Of a stretch of 64,000 nt of DNA, positions 36,201 through 47,229 are shown piece after piece. The notes below the pieces were generated by a model. The model ran no database searches. It had not been told where the DNA came from and worked only from the letters and a program-made list of their open reading frames with translations. Positions within the stretch are counted from its first letter, which is position 1; each line of letters starts with the position of its first letter. The translations under genes were made by a program, and so were the position numbers. This stretch comes from Mobula hypostoma (lineage: Eukaryota), in contig NC_086107.1 in NCBI RefSeq assembly GCF_963921235.1, forward strand, positions 114,638,001 through 114,702,000. The letters run 5' to 3'.

Positions 36201-39200
36201 ATAATCTATCTTGTTGTGACCCTTGCTCCTCATTCTCTGCTTGCACTACACTTTATCTGTAACTAGCACTTCATCCTGCATGCTGTTACTGTTTTACCTT
36301 GTGCTTCCTCAATCTACTGATGTGGTGGGATCTGTGAAGGGGAATAAACAGTTGATATTTTGAGTTGAAACCTTTCATCAGGACACATAACCGATGTTTT
36401 TTCCTTTCCACAGCTCCTTCCTTATACAAATAAGGTCCTGTCTTATACAAATGAAGTCAGCCTTTCCCCAAATTATTGTAATTGGTTTATAATTATCATA
36501 CATACGGAGGTGCAGTGATAAACTTGTCTTGCATACTGTTCATATGAATCAGATCGTTACACCCCTGTGCTCCGGTAGAACATGTTAAAAAACTCAATAA
36601 CAATGCAGGATGAAGTGTTACAACTGAGGAGAAAGTGTAGGTAAACAGCTAACAAGGGCGACTGAGCTCAAAAGTTCATCTTATTGTATGAGGACAGACA
36701 TACCCGAGCAGAGTTTAGACATGTGAGATGGAGTTTAATCCAAGTACGTGTGAGATGTTGTACTTTGGCAGATCTAACATATCAGGTAAGTACAACTCTT
36801 TCTCCAGCCCCCCTTCTCCTCTCTCTAAAGAGATGCAGCATGACCCTGTTGACCCTTACCAATTTTTATTGATGCACCACCCAATGTATCACAGTGTGGT
36901 AGTGCAATTGCTGTCCATGACCACAATAAACCGCAGAGCTGTGGACACAGCTCAGCACATCTCGGAAACCAGCCTCCCCTCTGTGGCTTTCGTATTTATT
37001 TCTGAGTGCTTCTGTTAAGCAGCCAACATAATTCCCATCCCAGACATTCGCTCTTCTCCCCTCTCCCATCAGGCGAAAGATACAGAAGCCTGAATGCAAA
37101 GACGGTTTCTACCATGCTGTCATAAGGCCGCTAAGTAGTTGCCCAGTACGATAGATTGGACCCGCGACCTCACAATTGAACTCATTATGATTTTCTACCT
37201 TGTTGTTTGCCTGCACTGCACTTTATCTGTAGTTGTTACACTTTATCCTGCATTCTGTTACTGTTTAACTCTGCACTCAGTAATGATTTGATCTGGATGA
37301 ACAGTGTGCAGGACAGGTTTTTTACTGTATTTCAGTACATGTGACAAAAATAAAGCAATTCCAATTGACAGGATAGACTGTGTGGACAGTCAGAATTTTC
37401 CCCAGACTCAAATACATTTGACCATAAGATACAGGAGCAGAATTAGATCATTCGGCCCATTGAGTCTGCTCCGCCATTTCATCATGGCTGATCCAATGTT
37501 CCTCTCGGCTCCAATCTCCTGCCTTCTCCCCATATCCCCTCGTGCCCTGAACAATCAAGAATCTATCAACCTCTGCCTTAAATGTACATAAAGACTTGGC
37601 CTCAACAGCTGCCTGTGGCAATGAATTCCAAAGATTCACTACTCTCTGGCTAAAGAAATTCCTGCTCCTCTCCATTCCAAAAGGACACCCCTCTATTCTG
37701 AATCTGGGTCTGCTGGTCTTGGGCTCTGCTATCATAGGAAACATCCTCTCCACATCCACTCGGTGAAGGCCTTTCACCATTCAATAGGTTTCAATGAGGT
37801 CCCCTTCATTCTTCTGAATTCCAGAGCCCTCACATGCTCTTCAAATGACAAACCTTTGAACCCTCTTGAGTTTCAGTACACCCTTTCTTAGATAAGGAGC
37901 CCAGACCTAATCACAATACTCCAAGTGAGGCCTCACCAGTGCCTTATAAAGTTTCAACATTACATCAACACACATCAAAGTGGCTGGTGAACGCAGCAGG
38001 CCAGGCAGCATCTCTAGGAAGAGGTACAGTCGACGTTTCAGGCCGAGACCCTTCGTCAGGACTAACTCTCATTGTTGTTTGTTCAACATTACATCCTCGC
38101 TTTTATATTTTAGTCCTCTTGAAATGAATGCTAACATTGCATTTGCCTTCCTCACCACAAACTCAACCTGAAAATTAACCTTTAGGGAATCCTGCACAAG
38201 GACTCCCAAGTCCCTTTGTGCGTAAGTTTTTTTTTTGTATTTTCCCTCCATTTAGAAAATAGTCAACCCTTTCATTTCTCCTACCAAAGTGCATGACCAT
38301 ACACTTCCCAATGCTGTATTGCATCTGCCATTTCTTTGCCCATTCTCCTAACCTGTCAAGGTCTCTCTGGAGCCCCTCGACCTCCTCAAAACTACCTGCC
38401 CCCTACCTATCTTCATATCGTCTGCAAATTTTGCAACAACGCCATCAATTTCATCATCGAAATCATTGACATATAAAATAAAAAGCTTCTGAACCAACAC
38501 AGACCACTGTGGAACACCACTAGTCACTGTCAGCCAGTCAGAAAAGGTTCCCTTTATTCCCACTCTTTGCCTCCTGCCAATCAGCCACTGCTTTATCCAT
38601 GCTGGAATCTTTCCTGTAATACCACGGGCTCGTAGCTTGTTCAGCAGCCTTATATGTGGTACTTTGTCAAAAGCCTTCTGAAAATCTAAGTACACAACAT
38701 CAACCAATTCTCCTTTGTCTGTCCTGTTGGTTATTTCTTCAAAAAATTCCAACCAATTTGTCAGGTAAGATTGTCCAGAAGAGGACAGAGGTTTAGGCAA
38801 ATAATCTGGATGAACAGTGTGGAAGACAAGCTGTTCACTATATCTTGGTGACAACGATAAACCAATCCCAATACAGTACTGCCAAAGGATTCCTCCTTGG
38901 ACATTTCCACCTCTTACCCATCCTCATTCCCCAAAGTTGAGTCCAACTCCTCCTTCCCTCTTAGAATTCTCTCTGGGCTGCTTTACGCATCTTTCTCGGA
39001 CGGTTACCGAGTGCCTTACTGTCAGCAGGGCCCTGACCCCCTTTTTATACATACCTTTTTTACAAATAACATGTTCTATGATACTACAACTGGTGACTAG
39101 ACGAACTAAGTTAAACTACAATATAAACATCTCTATCAATGATGGTGGTGCCCATCTGTCCCGGACAACATGTGTTCCCTCTCAATGGCTACCTCCTGAA

Positions 39201-40902
39201 ACTTTGCCAGGCAGTCTGCCGGGGCAGACTCCTCCGCCACCGGCTTCCAGGGCCCATGGATAGCTGTTTTAGCCAAGCAAATTCACGAGGTGATCCTCAT
39301 CCCTCCATGCCCCCTCCTTACTGGATGACCAAATATAAATAGGGTAGGGCTGAAATGCAACCAGAAGGCGAGGAGCAGCCCTCACGGATATGCGAAAAGG
39401 GGCAGCAGCCTCGCACACTCCATGTACGCGTGGTACACGGTCTCCTCCAACCTGCAGAGATGATCTGCGCTGGGAGATCCGTGTACTTGTTGCAGAGCAA
39501 CGCTCCATGCAGCGGCCTCCCCAAGGTGGATGGGAAGAACTCCCTCGTAAAAGGGACTTCCATTGGGGTCTCCCGTCTCTCCCAAGTGGAAGACAGCCTG
39601 CCATGGCGTGTCGGGATAGTGGACAAGGGCTAGGAAGTGGAGGGTGTGGCGCAGCAGCCCAAACAGGTACCTCCTACCTGCATCCCTGAATGACATTGCG
39701 GGCGTTAATGAAAGACGGCTCAAGTTGTGTGGGCCCGGCTCCGGATAAGATTCCGGTTCTTGGGTCTCATGAGCAGCTGCAGCGGAGCAAAGGTGAGGCC
39801 AGCCGAAGTCACTTCACACAAAGTAGCCGCACCGACATCCGTTGGGGTAGGGCAGGGGTACCCGCCCTTTGCTAGCGGAGAAGATCCCCGGCCTGAAGCA
39901 ACCATGTTCCAGACTTAGCAGGTCCTGACAGAAGCCGGGCAGCCTCCGCAGAGCAGGAGCCCCACACCCCGGGAGTAGATAGGCGAGGGAAGCTGCCCAC
40001 TCACTGATGCTCCGGTGGCCCGACACCATCTGCAGGATCTGGACCTCGTTCAGTGTGGACCGGCGAACCTCGTCGAGTTGAGCGTCAGTCATTCTGTCGT
40101 CCGCCAGCTCCATCACCTTCACCGCATACTCCTTGCCCGTAGTCCGGTGAATGCAGCGTTGCACCACGCTGCTCACTCCTCTGGGAGGAAAGGGAGAGGC
40201 CATTAGCGAGCGCGCATGACAAACAGATGTCTACTGCAAGGAGCAGTCACACCATATCACCCACTCTCTCACACATTGGGCAAGATGGGACGTACATCTG
40301 CCACCAGCGACATAGGAGACATGCTTCAGTCAACGAGAACGCTTCTTTACGGTGTCCACGAATGAGCAGACGCAGGAACACCAGCAGCAAGGGCATGCGT
40401 GAAACAAGATTAGGCATAGATAGAGTGGACAGGGAGTATCTGTTTCCCAGGGTTAAAATGTCTCATACCAGAGGGCATGTATTGAAGGTGAGGGGGGTAG
40501 ATTCAAGGGGGATGTGAGGGGTAAGTTTTTTACTCAGACTGGAATGTGCTGCCTGACATGGTGGTAGAGGCAAATATATTAGAGGTTTTTAAGAGACGTT
40601 TGGATGGATACATAAGGAAGACCGAGAGATATGGACATGGTGTTGGTAGGAGGGATTAGTGTTTGGGTGCTTTTGATTTGCTCTTTAACTGGTTTGGCAC
40701 AACATTGTGGGCCGAACGGCCTGTCCCTGTGCTGTACTGTGATCGAACTGCGGCACACTCTGTGTTTATGTGGAGAGTTTTGTGGGTTTGGGTTGGGGGA
40801 GGGGGGAGTCCAAGCTCACCTTCCAATCACCTCCTTGGTTTTGTACTTCTCGTGAAATCCCCCCGAGGCGGTCAACAGCTCCTGGCGGAAGTTCCGAGTC
40901 AT
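29964..40902 (-). CDS. PHKG2: Phosphorylase b kinase catalytic gamma subunit, liver/testis type; 9 coding exons, 1170 nt, 389 aa from the canonical ATG
   Basis: Exons 40902-40820, 40180-40005, 35636-35582, 35147-35082, 33247-33084, 31939-31849, 31466-31313, 30880-30758 and 30221-29964 join in frame. Motifs: [59 protein letters not shown] (PHKG2-type), [24 protein letters not shown]. Confidence 0.9.
30758..30880 (-). CDS. PHKG2: PHKG2 exon (IFRMLTVDP...HPFF...QKFR), 123 nt
   Basis: Subdomain XI; GTAGGT donor. Confidence 0.9.
30900..31262 (-). repeat. 52-bp minisatellite (~7 copies) filling a PHKG2 intron
   Basis: Same unit as the 28750-29918 array. Confidence 0.95.
31313..31466 (-). CDS. PHKG2: PHKG2 exon (WACGVVMY...PFWHRKQ...IKDL), 154 nt
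   Basis: ctgcag acceptor, GTATGT donor. Confidence 0.92.
31849..31939 (-). CDS. PHKG2: PHKG2 exon ([31 protein letters not shown]), 91 nt
   Basis: Activation segment and APE motif. Confidence 0.93.
32150..33040 (-). mobile_element. CR1 3' fragment with nested Rex1-like tails
   Basis: [14 protein letters not shown] remnant. Confidence 0.7.
33084..33247 (-). CDS. PHKG2: PHKG2 exon with catalytic loop and DFG, 164 nt
   Basis: [11 protein letters not shown]...LSDFGFSC. Confidence 0.93.
33615..34305 (-). mobile_element. CR1 LINE 3' fragment
   Basis: [11 protein letters not shown]...[17 protein letters not shown]; TAAGAACA-type tail. Confidence 0.85.
34551..35052 (-). repeat. 46/47-bp minisatellite (~11 copies) in a PHKG2 intron
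   Basis: Unit on +: GTGTCTCTCAGTCCCTCTCTCTCAGGGGAGATCTGTACACTGACCG. Confidence 0.95.
35082..35147 (-). CDS. PHKG2: PHKG2 exon ([22 protein letters not shown]), 66 nt
   Basis: GELFDYLT motif. Confidence 0.92.
35582..35636 (-). CDS. PHKG2: PHKG2 exon ([19 protein letters not shown]), 55 nt
   Basis: Canonical splice sites; phases fit. Confidence 0.9.
35760..37350 (+). mobile_element. Rex1-like LINE 3' fragments
   Basis: KAA.II.D.H.P..SLF.PLPSGRR remnants. Confidence 0.7.
37420..38770 (-). mobile_element. CR1 LINE RT and 3' end, interrupted by the hammerhead mini-insert
   Basis: [21 protein letters not shown] and KFADDMKIG. Confidence 0.9.
38027..38064 (-). ncRNA. Minimal hammerhead ribozyme inside a 115-bp TSD-flanked insertion
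   Basis: Reverse complement is identical to the 1963-2000 core. Confidence 0.8.
39090..39960 (-). mobile_element. Tx1-clade (L1-like) non-LTR retrotransposon ORF2 C-terminal fragment
   Basis: [38 protein letters not shown] (CCHC zinc knuckle), LHFSP.L.IFGHP and EDHLVNLL across frameshifts. Confidence 0.75.
40005..40180 (-). CDS. PHKG2: PHKG2 exon (GVSSVVQRC...YAVK...SGHRSI), 176 nt
   Basis: Kinase subdomains I-III; canonical splice sites. Confidence 0.93.
40410..40745 (+). mobile_element. CR1 3' end fragment
   Basis: [22 protein letters not shown]. Confidence 0.8.
40820..40902 (-). CDS. PHKG2: PHKG2 first canonical coding exon ([10 protein letters not shown]...KEVIGR); the exon begins at 40931
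   Basis: gccATGA start; acceptor ctctcag before 40931; donor GTGAGC. Confidence 0.85.
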
Positions 40903-41089
40903 GGCTGGTGCGGTCGGTGTCGAGGGAGTCTCTGAGAGAGAGAGGGGCAGTGTTCAAATCCTGTGCACCACCCTGCTTGGGATTAGCGAGGTTGAGGAAA
41001 GGGGGGAGGGCTGTTAGGTTTTAACAGAGATTTGTTCGGGAGAGGAGGGTGGGATGGAGCGTGAGTGATGGGTCAAAGACACGGGGCAA

Positions 41090-42675
41090 CATTTCCAACA
41101 CCCAACACGTTGGTGCAGTCACAAAAAAGGCACACCGGCCGCCATACTTCGCTCGGAGCAGAGTTGGTCGCATCCCCGGCTCCAGTGCGCAGGATCACAA
41201 GAGGCTGCGGAGGGTTGTAGGTTCAGCCCGCTCCTTCAGGGCGCAATCCTCCCCGACACCGAGGGCATTTCCAACAGGCACTGCCCCAAGAAGGCGGCAG
41301 CAATCACCAAGGACCCTCACCATACCCTCTTCTCATTACTACCTGAAATCCTACGGTCAACTATACCCAGTTTCTTCCCCTGCTGAACGGTCCATGAACA
41401 CTGTCTCATCAAACCTCTTTTTGCATTGGGTATTTATTTTGTACCTTATAAGGATTTTTATGTCTTGCACTATACCGCTACCGCAAAAAAAATTTCACAT
41501 CATATGTCAGTAATAGAAAACTTGCTTCTGTGGTGGGCAAACGATGCCTCACATTAAATGTGTACTCAATAGCCAGAGCGTTGATGTACTGAGGGATCTT
41601 GGGGTGCAGGTCCGAGGCTCCCTGGAACTGGCTACTCAAGTAGACAGAGCGGCACGGAAGGCGTGCGTTCATCAGTCGGAGCGTTAAGTATAAGAGTGGA
41701 TGAAGTACACAAAATTATGAGGGATATCGATAGGGTAAATGCAAGCAGGCCTTTTCCACTGTTGGGTCACCGATTAAGGGTGAAAGGTGAAAAGTTTAAG
41801 GGGAACATGAGGGAAACTTCTTCACTCGGAGGTTCATGAGAGTGTGGAATGAGCTGCCAGCACAAGTGGTGGACGCGAGTTCGATTTCAATGTTTAAGAG
41901 AGGTTTGGATAGGTACACGGATGGTAGGGGTGTGGAGGGCGAAGGTCCCGGTGCAGGTCGATGGGAGTAGGCAGTTTAAATGGTTCAGCACGGACCAGAT
42001 GGGTCAAATGGCCTGTTTCTGTGCTATACTTCGAAGTCACATTGCAGCTGTATAATACTGGTCAGGCGACACTTGGAGTATTGTGTGAAGTTCTGGTCGC
42101 CCATGACAGGAAGGCTGTCGCGCTTTGAAGAGGGTGGTTTCCAGACGTAAATGTCGAATAAAGTCTTCTCGGGCTTCCTGTACCTCATTTTCACACAGAG
42201 ACCGGCGGGTGCCCGAAACGCGCTGCCAGTGAGGGTGGGGGTAGATATGGCCGAGGCATTTAGAAAACTGGCTAAACCTGTGCAGCGACCTGGTGTCGCC
42301 TGGATTAGAGGACATGAACTGGCCGGATTTAGCCTATTTTCTCTGGAGAGTCGGAGGCTGAGGTTTATAAAGTTAGGGGAGGCATAGACAGCACGAACAG
42401 AATCGACTATATCTCCCCCCGGTTTGAAATTTCTGATGCCAGAGGAAATCTATATAAGGGGAGGGGGGTAAGTTTAATGGAGAGTGCAGAGCAAGCTTTT
42501 TTAAAACACAGAGACCGGCGGGTGCCCGAAACGCGCTGCCAGTGGTGATGGGGGTAGATACGTCTAAGACTGGGATACGGATTACGTGCAAGCAGAATGG
42601 ATTTAGACTGATCTGGCATCATGCTCAGCACAGACAATGGGCCGAAGGGCCTGATCCTGTGCCGAACCGTTCTGC
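41090..42675 (+). mobile_element. Nested Rex1-like and CR1 fragments, CpG-rich
   Basis: HKRLRRVV..A, RDLGVQV, LEYCVKFWSP and LFSLESRRLR remnants. Confidence 0.7.
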
Positions 42676-42811
42676 CTTATTCACAAATATAAATCAGCTT
42701 TGACACGCAACGCTCCTACAGCGCGAATCCCCCACCCGCCAACTCTCCCTCCATGCACTCACTGCCCTTTCCCTCCTCCCTGCCCCTCCTGAGGTGCTGC
42801 CTCCCTCATAC

Positions 42812-42966
42812 CAGTATCCATAGCCCGTGTGCGGTGGAGCGGAGCAGGAGAGGCAGCTGCCGGAGCGCGGTCACTGTGCCTGCGAGGGGTTTTGGACAAG
42901 GGACACACAATGCCTGGCACATGGATTGGGGTCGGAGAGTGAAGATAAAGCCGGTCCAATGGCAGC
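42812..42966 (-). CDS. PHKG2: Candidate upstream in-frame PHKG2 exon (LPLDRLYLHSPTP...RAMDT)
   Basis: gttcccag acceptor, CTG|GTATGA donor; stop-free and phase-compatible with the 40931 exon. Confidence 0.45.
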
Positions 42967-44193
42967 CTGGGAACACTGATCACATTAACACTCACAATGG
43001 TGCAGGGGAAGGAGGGAGAGATAGAGGAGGGGGAGGGAGAGAGCGGGAAGGAAGGAGGGAGCCAGGGAGAGTGTGGGTGTGGGGGAAGGGAGAGAACAGT
43101 GAGGAAGGAGAGGGGCAGGGAGTTTGGAGGCAGAGGGAGCTTGGAAAGAGGACTAATTCGAGGAGAGGGAGAATGGGAACAGCGGGGTGTTGAGGGGAGG
43201 GGTGCGAGGGTGGGGAGAAGAAGTCAAGGGTTAGGGTTAGCGGGAAAGGGGAGGGGTGCGACGAGAAGAAGGCGGGGCACTTTTGGTAGGAAACTGGCGT
43301 ATCCATAATTGTGGTCCAAGGGAGAATGTGCATACTCCACACAGACAGAGCCAGCGCCGGAGATGGGAATCGAACTGGGGCCTTGGGGAATAAGGAAGCG
43401 GTCTTGCCGCTGTGCTCACCCCGACATGGACACTCTTCACGTTGACCACGATACATCTCCCTCTGCTACGTCACCCCCACTATGTCACACCTCTCTCCAA
43501 TTCCCTCTGCCCTCCTCCACTCCCTCTGTCACTGTCCAGCCCGCTACCCCTCCAAACGCTCTGCATTCCCTCCCCCGACGCGTCCCTCTTTCATCTCCAA
43601 CCCTGCTTTCCATCGGACCACCCACCCTCCCCCCCATCCCTCCTTCTGCCCACCTTCCCTCTCCCCCTCCCACCCCCCCTTCTCTGGATCCATCCCCTCT
43701 CCCTCCTCCCTTCTGGCCCTCCCACTCCTTCCTCTTCCTCTCTCACTGTCCCCACCTCCCTCCTCTGTCATGTCCCCTGTCCCCTCTTCCTTTCCCCCCA
43801 GGCCCTGTCCTTCTCTCTACCCTCTCCGTGTGCCCCATCCCCCCTCTTTGCCTTTCTCTCCCTTCCTCTAACTCCTCTCTCCCTCCCTCCTTTCTCCTGC
43901 TCCCTCCTCATCTCCATCCACCCAAGGTCACATTTCTTTCTCTGTCCCTTCCTTTCTCCCTGCTCGTCTCCCTCACCATAGCCCTCTCTCCCCCGACTCT
44001 CTCTGCCTCCTTTGCCCTTCTCTCTTCCCCTACCCATGTTTTGTCCTCACCCCCTCCCTCCCCACCTCTAACCCTATCTCCCCACTGCACCCAGTGGACC
44101 CTCCCCTTCTCCACAGTCAATCTAGCCTCTCTCGCTCAAGCTCCTTAGCAGGGAAACAGGAGTAGAATGGGTCTCCACAGCTGGAGACATTAC

Positions 44194-44273
44194 CCTGGTC
44201 CTCTGCTGATGTGTGTGTACCTCCTGCGGCGAGGAAGCTTGGACGAGGTGAGCCAACTGGTGTGACTCTGGGT
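44194..44273 (-). CDS. PHKG2: Candidate upstream in-frame PHKG2 exon (TQSHTSWLTSSKLPRRRRYTHISRGP)
   Basis: cccaatcctaacag acceptor, AGG|GTAATG donor; phase 2 matches the 42966 exon. Confidence 0.35.
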
Positions 44274-44819
44274 CTGTTAGGATTGGGAGTGGGTCCCAGT
44301 GGCAGAGACTATGACCCTGTCCCCCCCACCCCCATTGACCTTAGGAAAGACAGTGCACACTGTTGCTCCAAAGATCCTGGTCTCCTTGGTTTGACATGGG
44401 CAGTGGGCTATTGGAGCCTGGGATGGCTGCCGTTGCCTCCTGGTTCATCACCAGTCCAGTCTGATTGGGATGGAGAGGGATCATGGCTGATTCCAGTATG
44501 GCTTGGACTTAGGTTCTAATGAATGGATGTTCATGTGGGTTCAAACCCCACTCCTGGTAATTCATTATCGATTTCACTTTGAACTTTTAGGCACAAATGC
44601 TCAGCTGGTCTTTGTCAGGTGTACATTTTGAAAGAGTGGATATTGGACTACTGGAAAATAATGCTGGACAGGTAATAGTGGGGGACAAAGAAATGGTAGA
44701 GAAATTCAAAAAATCTCTTGCATAAGTCTTCACTGTGGAGGACAGCAGCAATATGCAGAAATTTGAGTGTTAAGGAGCAAAAGTGAGTATATTTGCTATT
44801 ACCAAGGAGAAACACAGAG

Positions 44820-45720
44820 AGATTAGCCCCACCCCACAGCATCTTGTCAGCAAATTTGCAATCATCGGAGAACAAAATTGAGGACCTGAGGTAAGATTAC
44901 TGTATCAAGAGGGAAATGAGAGATTGTTGTGTTCTGTGTCTGAGTGAGACATGGCTTTCTCCCAGCACATCAGATACAGTGATCAGACCAGAAGGCTTCT
45001 CAGTTCACAGAAGGGATTGAACTGCTGATTCAGAAAAGGTAAAAGATGGCGGTGGGTGTTTCATGACAAACTTTTGGTGGTGCTCCGATGTGGCAGTTTT
45101 GTTGAACTCACATTCCTCTCACCTCGAACACCTAACAGTCAAATGCCATCCATTCTATTTACCTAAGAAGTTCTCCTCCATAATCCTGACCGCAGTTTTC
45201 ATACCACCAGTGGCCAACGGTAATCAAGTACTTGAGATACGGCATGATGCCATCTCCAAACAAGAAGCAGTTCAACCCAACACATTTCAACTCATAGTCA
45301 GGGACTTCAACCAGGCGTACCTGAAGAAAACCCTGCCCAATTACCATTAGCACCAGAGGTCCCAACACATTGTTATACTAAGATAAGGAATGTCTACCAT
45401 TCCACGACTGGACCGCATTTCGGTAAATCGGATTACTTGGCTATTGTTCTCCTACCTGCATACAGGCAACGGCTAAAGAGCAAAACTCCAGAGATGAGAA
45501 CAACAAAGAGATGTTGTGGGAGGCAGGGGAGTGGCTTTGGAATTGGTTCAAGTCAGTGGACTGGACCGTGTTCAAGGGCTTATCTGTGGGTTTGGATGAA
45601 TGCACCATGGTGATTCATCTGTAGATTTAATCCTTACTTTCATAAGTTATTGTGTGTTATGTGTACTACTGTGCTTTACACCCTGATTCAGAGAAACGTT
45701 GTCTTGTTTCTATATACATT
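44820..45720 (+). mobile_element. Rex1-like LINE APE-endonuclease fragment plus 3' tail
   Basis: LCLSETWL, CHPFYLP..FSSIILTAVFIPP and RDFNQ. Confidence 0.8.
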
Positions 45721-46329
45721 ATATACGTAGCTTAGAGATGTGCCCCAAGTCGAGGCACAAAATCCAATTACAGTACATGTACAGCTTATACATATACCCT
45801 GAAGGTAGTTTTATATAATTTTAAAATAATTTTGTGCATGAAACAATACTGTGTAGATTAAACCATCAGAAAGGTAAGCTATCACTCCCTTGGACTCCCA
45901 GGTGGAGAGACAATGGCTGCTTGGCATCGCCATCATCCCTGACTCAGAATTTATGTGCTACTGGTCTTACACTTGTCCATCACGCATTATTACATATCAT
46001 AAATATAATGTGCGCAGGATGAATGAAACATTGGGAGAACACCCAAATCAACTGTTGAACAACAAACAACAGCAGGTTTTCAGTCTTCACCTGCGATGAC
46101 GTGTTTTGATTAAAAGGTTACCGTACACTGTGTTTGTATTTTACTTATCTTTAGCTCTTCACGTGAGGTATAAAAAGATTGGATTTAATTACAGGTAAAT
46201 GTAATGAAAACGGTGAAAAACCACGACGTTTTATTTTTACATAATAATGACGCTGGTCATGTTGCACTCAAACAACAATCTCTCAGTGAATGTCAGCAAG
46301 GCCAAGGAGCTGATTGTACACTTCAGGAG

Positions 46330-47205
46330 AGGGAATCAGAGAGGGCCTGTGTAAGAAAGCACGGCAGCACTTCTACTTCCTCAGGAGTTTGTGAAGATTC
46401 TGCGTGACACCCAAAACATCGGAAAACTCCGATAGATTGACACTTCAGTAGTGGAGAGCGTAATGACTGGCTGCATCACAGCCTGTTGTGAACACCAATA
46501 CCTTTGGATGGAAAATCCCACAAAAGTGCATCACAGGCAAAGGCCTTCCAACCACTGAGTACAACTACATGAAATGCTGTCATAGGAAAGCAGCATCCAT
46601 CATTAGAGATCCCCACCACCCAGGCCATGCTCTCTTCTCGCTGCTGCCATCAGGTAGATGGTACAGGAGCCTCAGGACCCGCACCAGCAGGTTCAAGAAC
46701 AGTTACTACCCCTCAACCATCAAGTTCTTGGAACAAAGGGAGTAACTACTCACAACACGCTGGAGGAACTCAGCAGGTCAGGCAGCATCCGTGGAAACGA
46801 TGAGTTGACGTTTCAGGCTGGAACCCTTCATCAGGACTGAAGAGGGAAGGGGCAGAGGCCCTATAAAGAAGGTGGGAGAGGGTGTGAAGGAGAAGGCTGG
46901 TAGGTCCAGTTGAAAAACCAGTAATTTGAAGTGGAGTAACTATACTGATTTGCCCATCCATTGAGATGTTCCCACAACCTATAAGCTCACTTTAAGGACT
47001 CTTTATTCCATGTTCTTGTTATTTATTGCATATATATTTGAACTTGCACATTGTGTTGTCTTGTGTACTCTGGTTGATCTTTCATTGATCCTGTTATATT
47101 TACTATACAATCGATTTGCTGAGTATGCCCACAGGAAAACGAACCTCAGGGTTGCATTTGGTGACATGTAAGGACTCTGATAATAAATTTTACTTTACTT
47201 TGACC
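46330..47205 (+). mobile_element. Rex1-like LINE 3' part with a nested hammerhead insert
   Basis: KAASIIRDPHHPGHALFSLLPSGR.YRSLRTRTSRFKNSYYP. Confidence 0.85.
46803..46839 (-). ncRNA. Minimal hammerhead ribozyme, second family
   Basis: AGTC-CTGATGA-AGGGTTCCAGCCT-GAAAC-GTC-AACT; one stem I mismatch. Confidence 0.65.
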
Positions 47206-47229
47206 TTTGGGATTTTAAGTGGAGATGAA

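Noticed and set aside
29964-40902. PHKG1 identity, or a pseudogene
   Set aside because: [12 protein letters not shown] and the CFAP119 linkage indicate PHKG2. All exons are in frame with intact splice sites and catalytic residues.
43309-44148. 279-aa Pro/Leu/Ser-rich ORF
   Set aside because: Translation of a polypyrimidine tract that starts inside a SINE remnant.
44274-44520. Additional PHKG2 exon or start upstream of 44273
   Set aside because: The ATG frames terminate, and a join would need a weak donor and a 66-nt intron.
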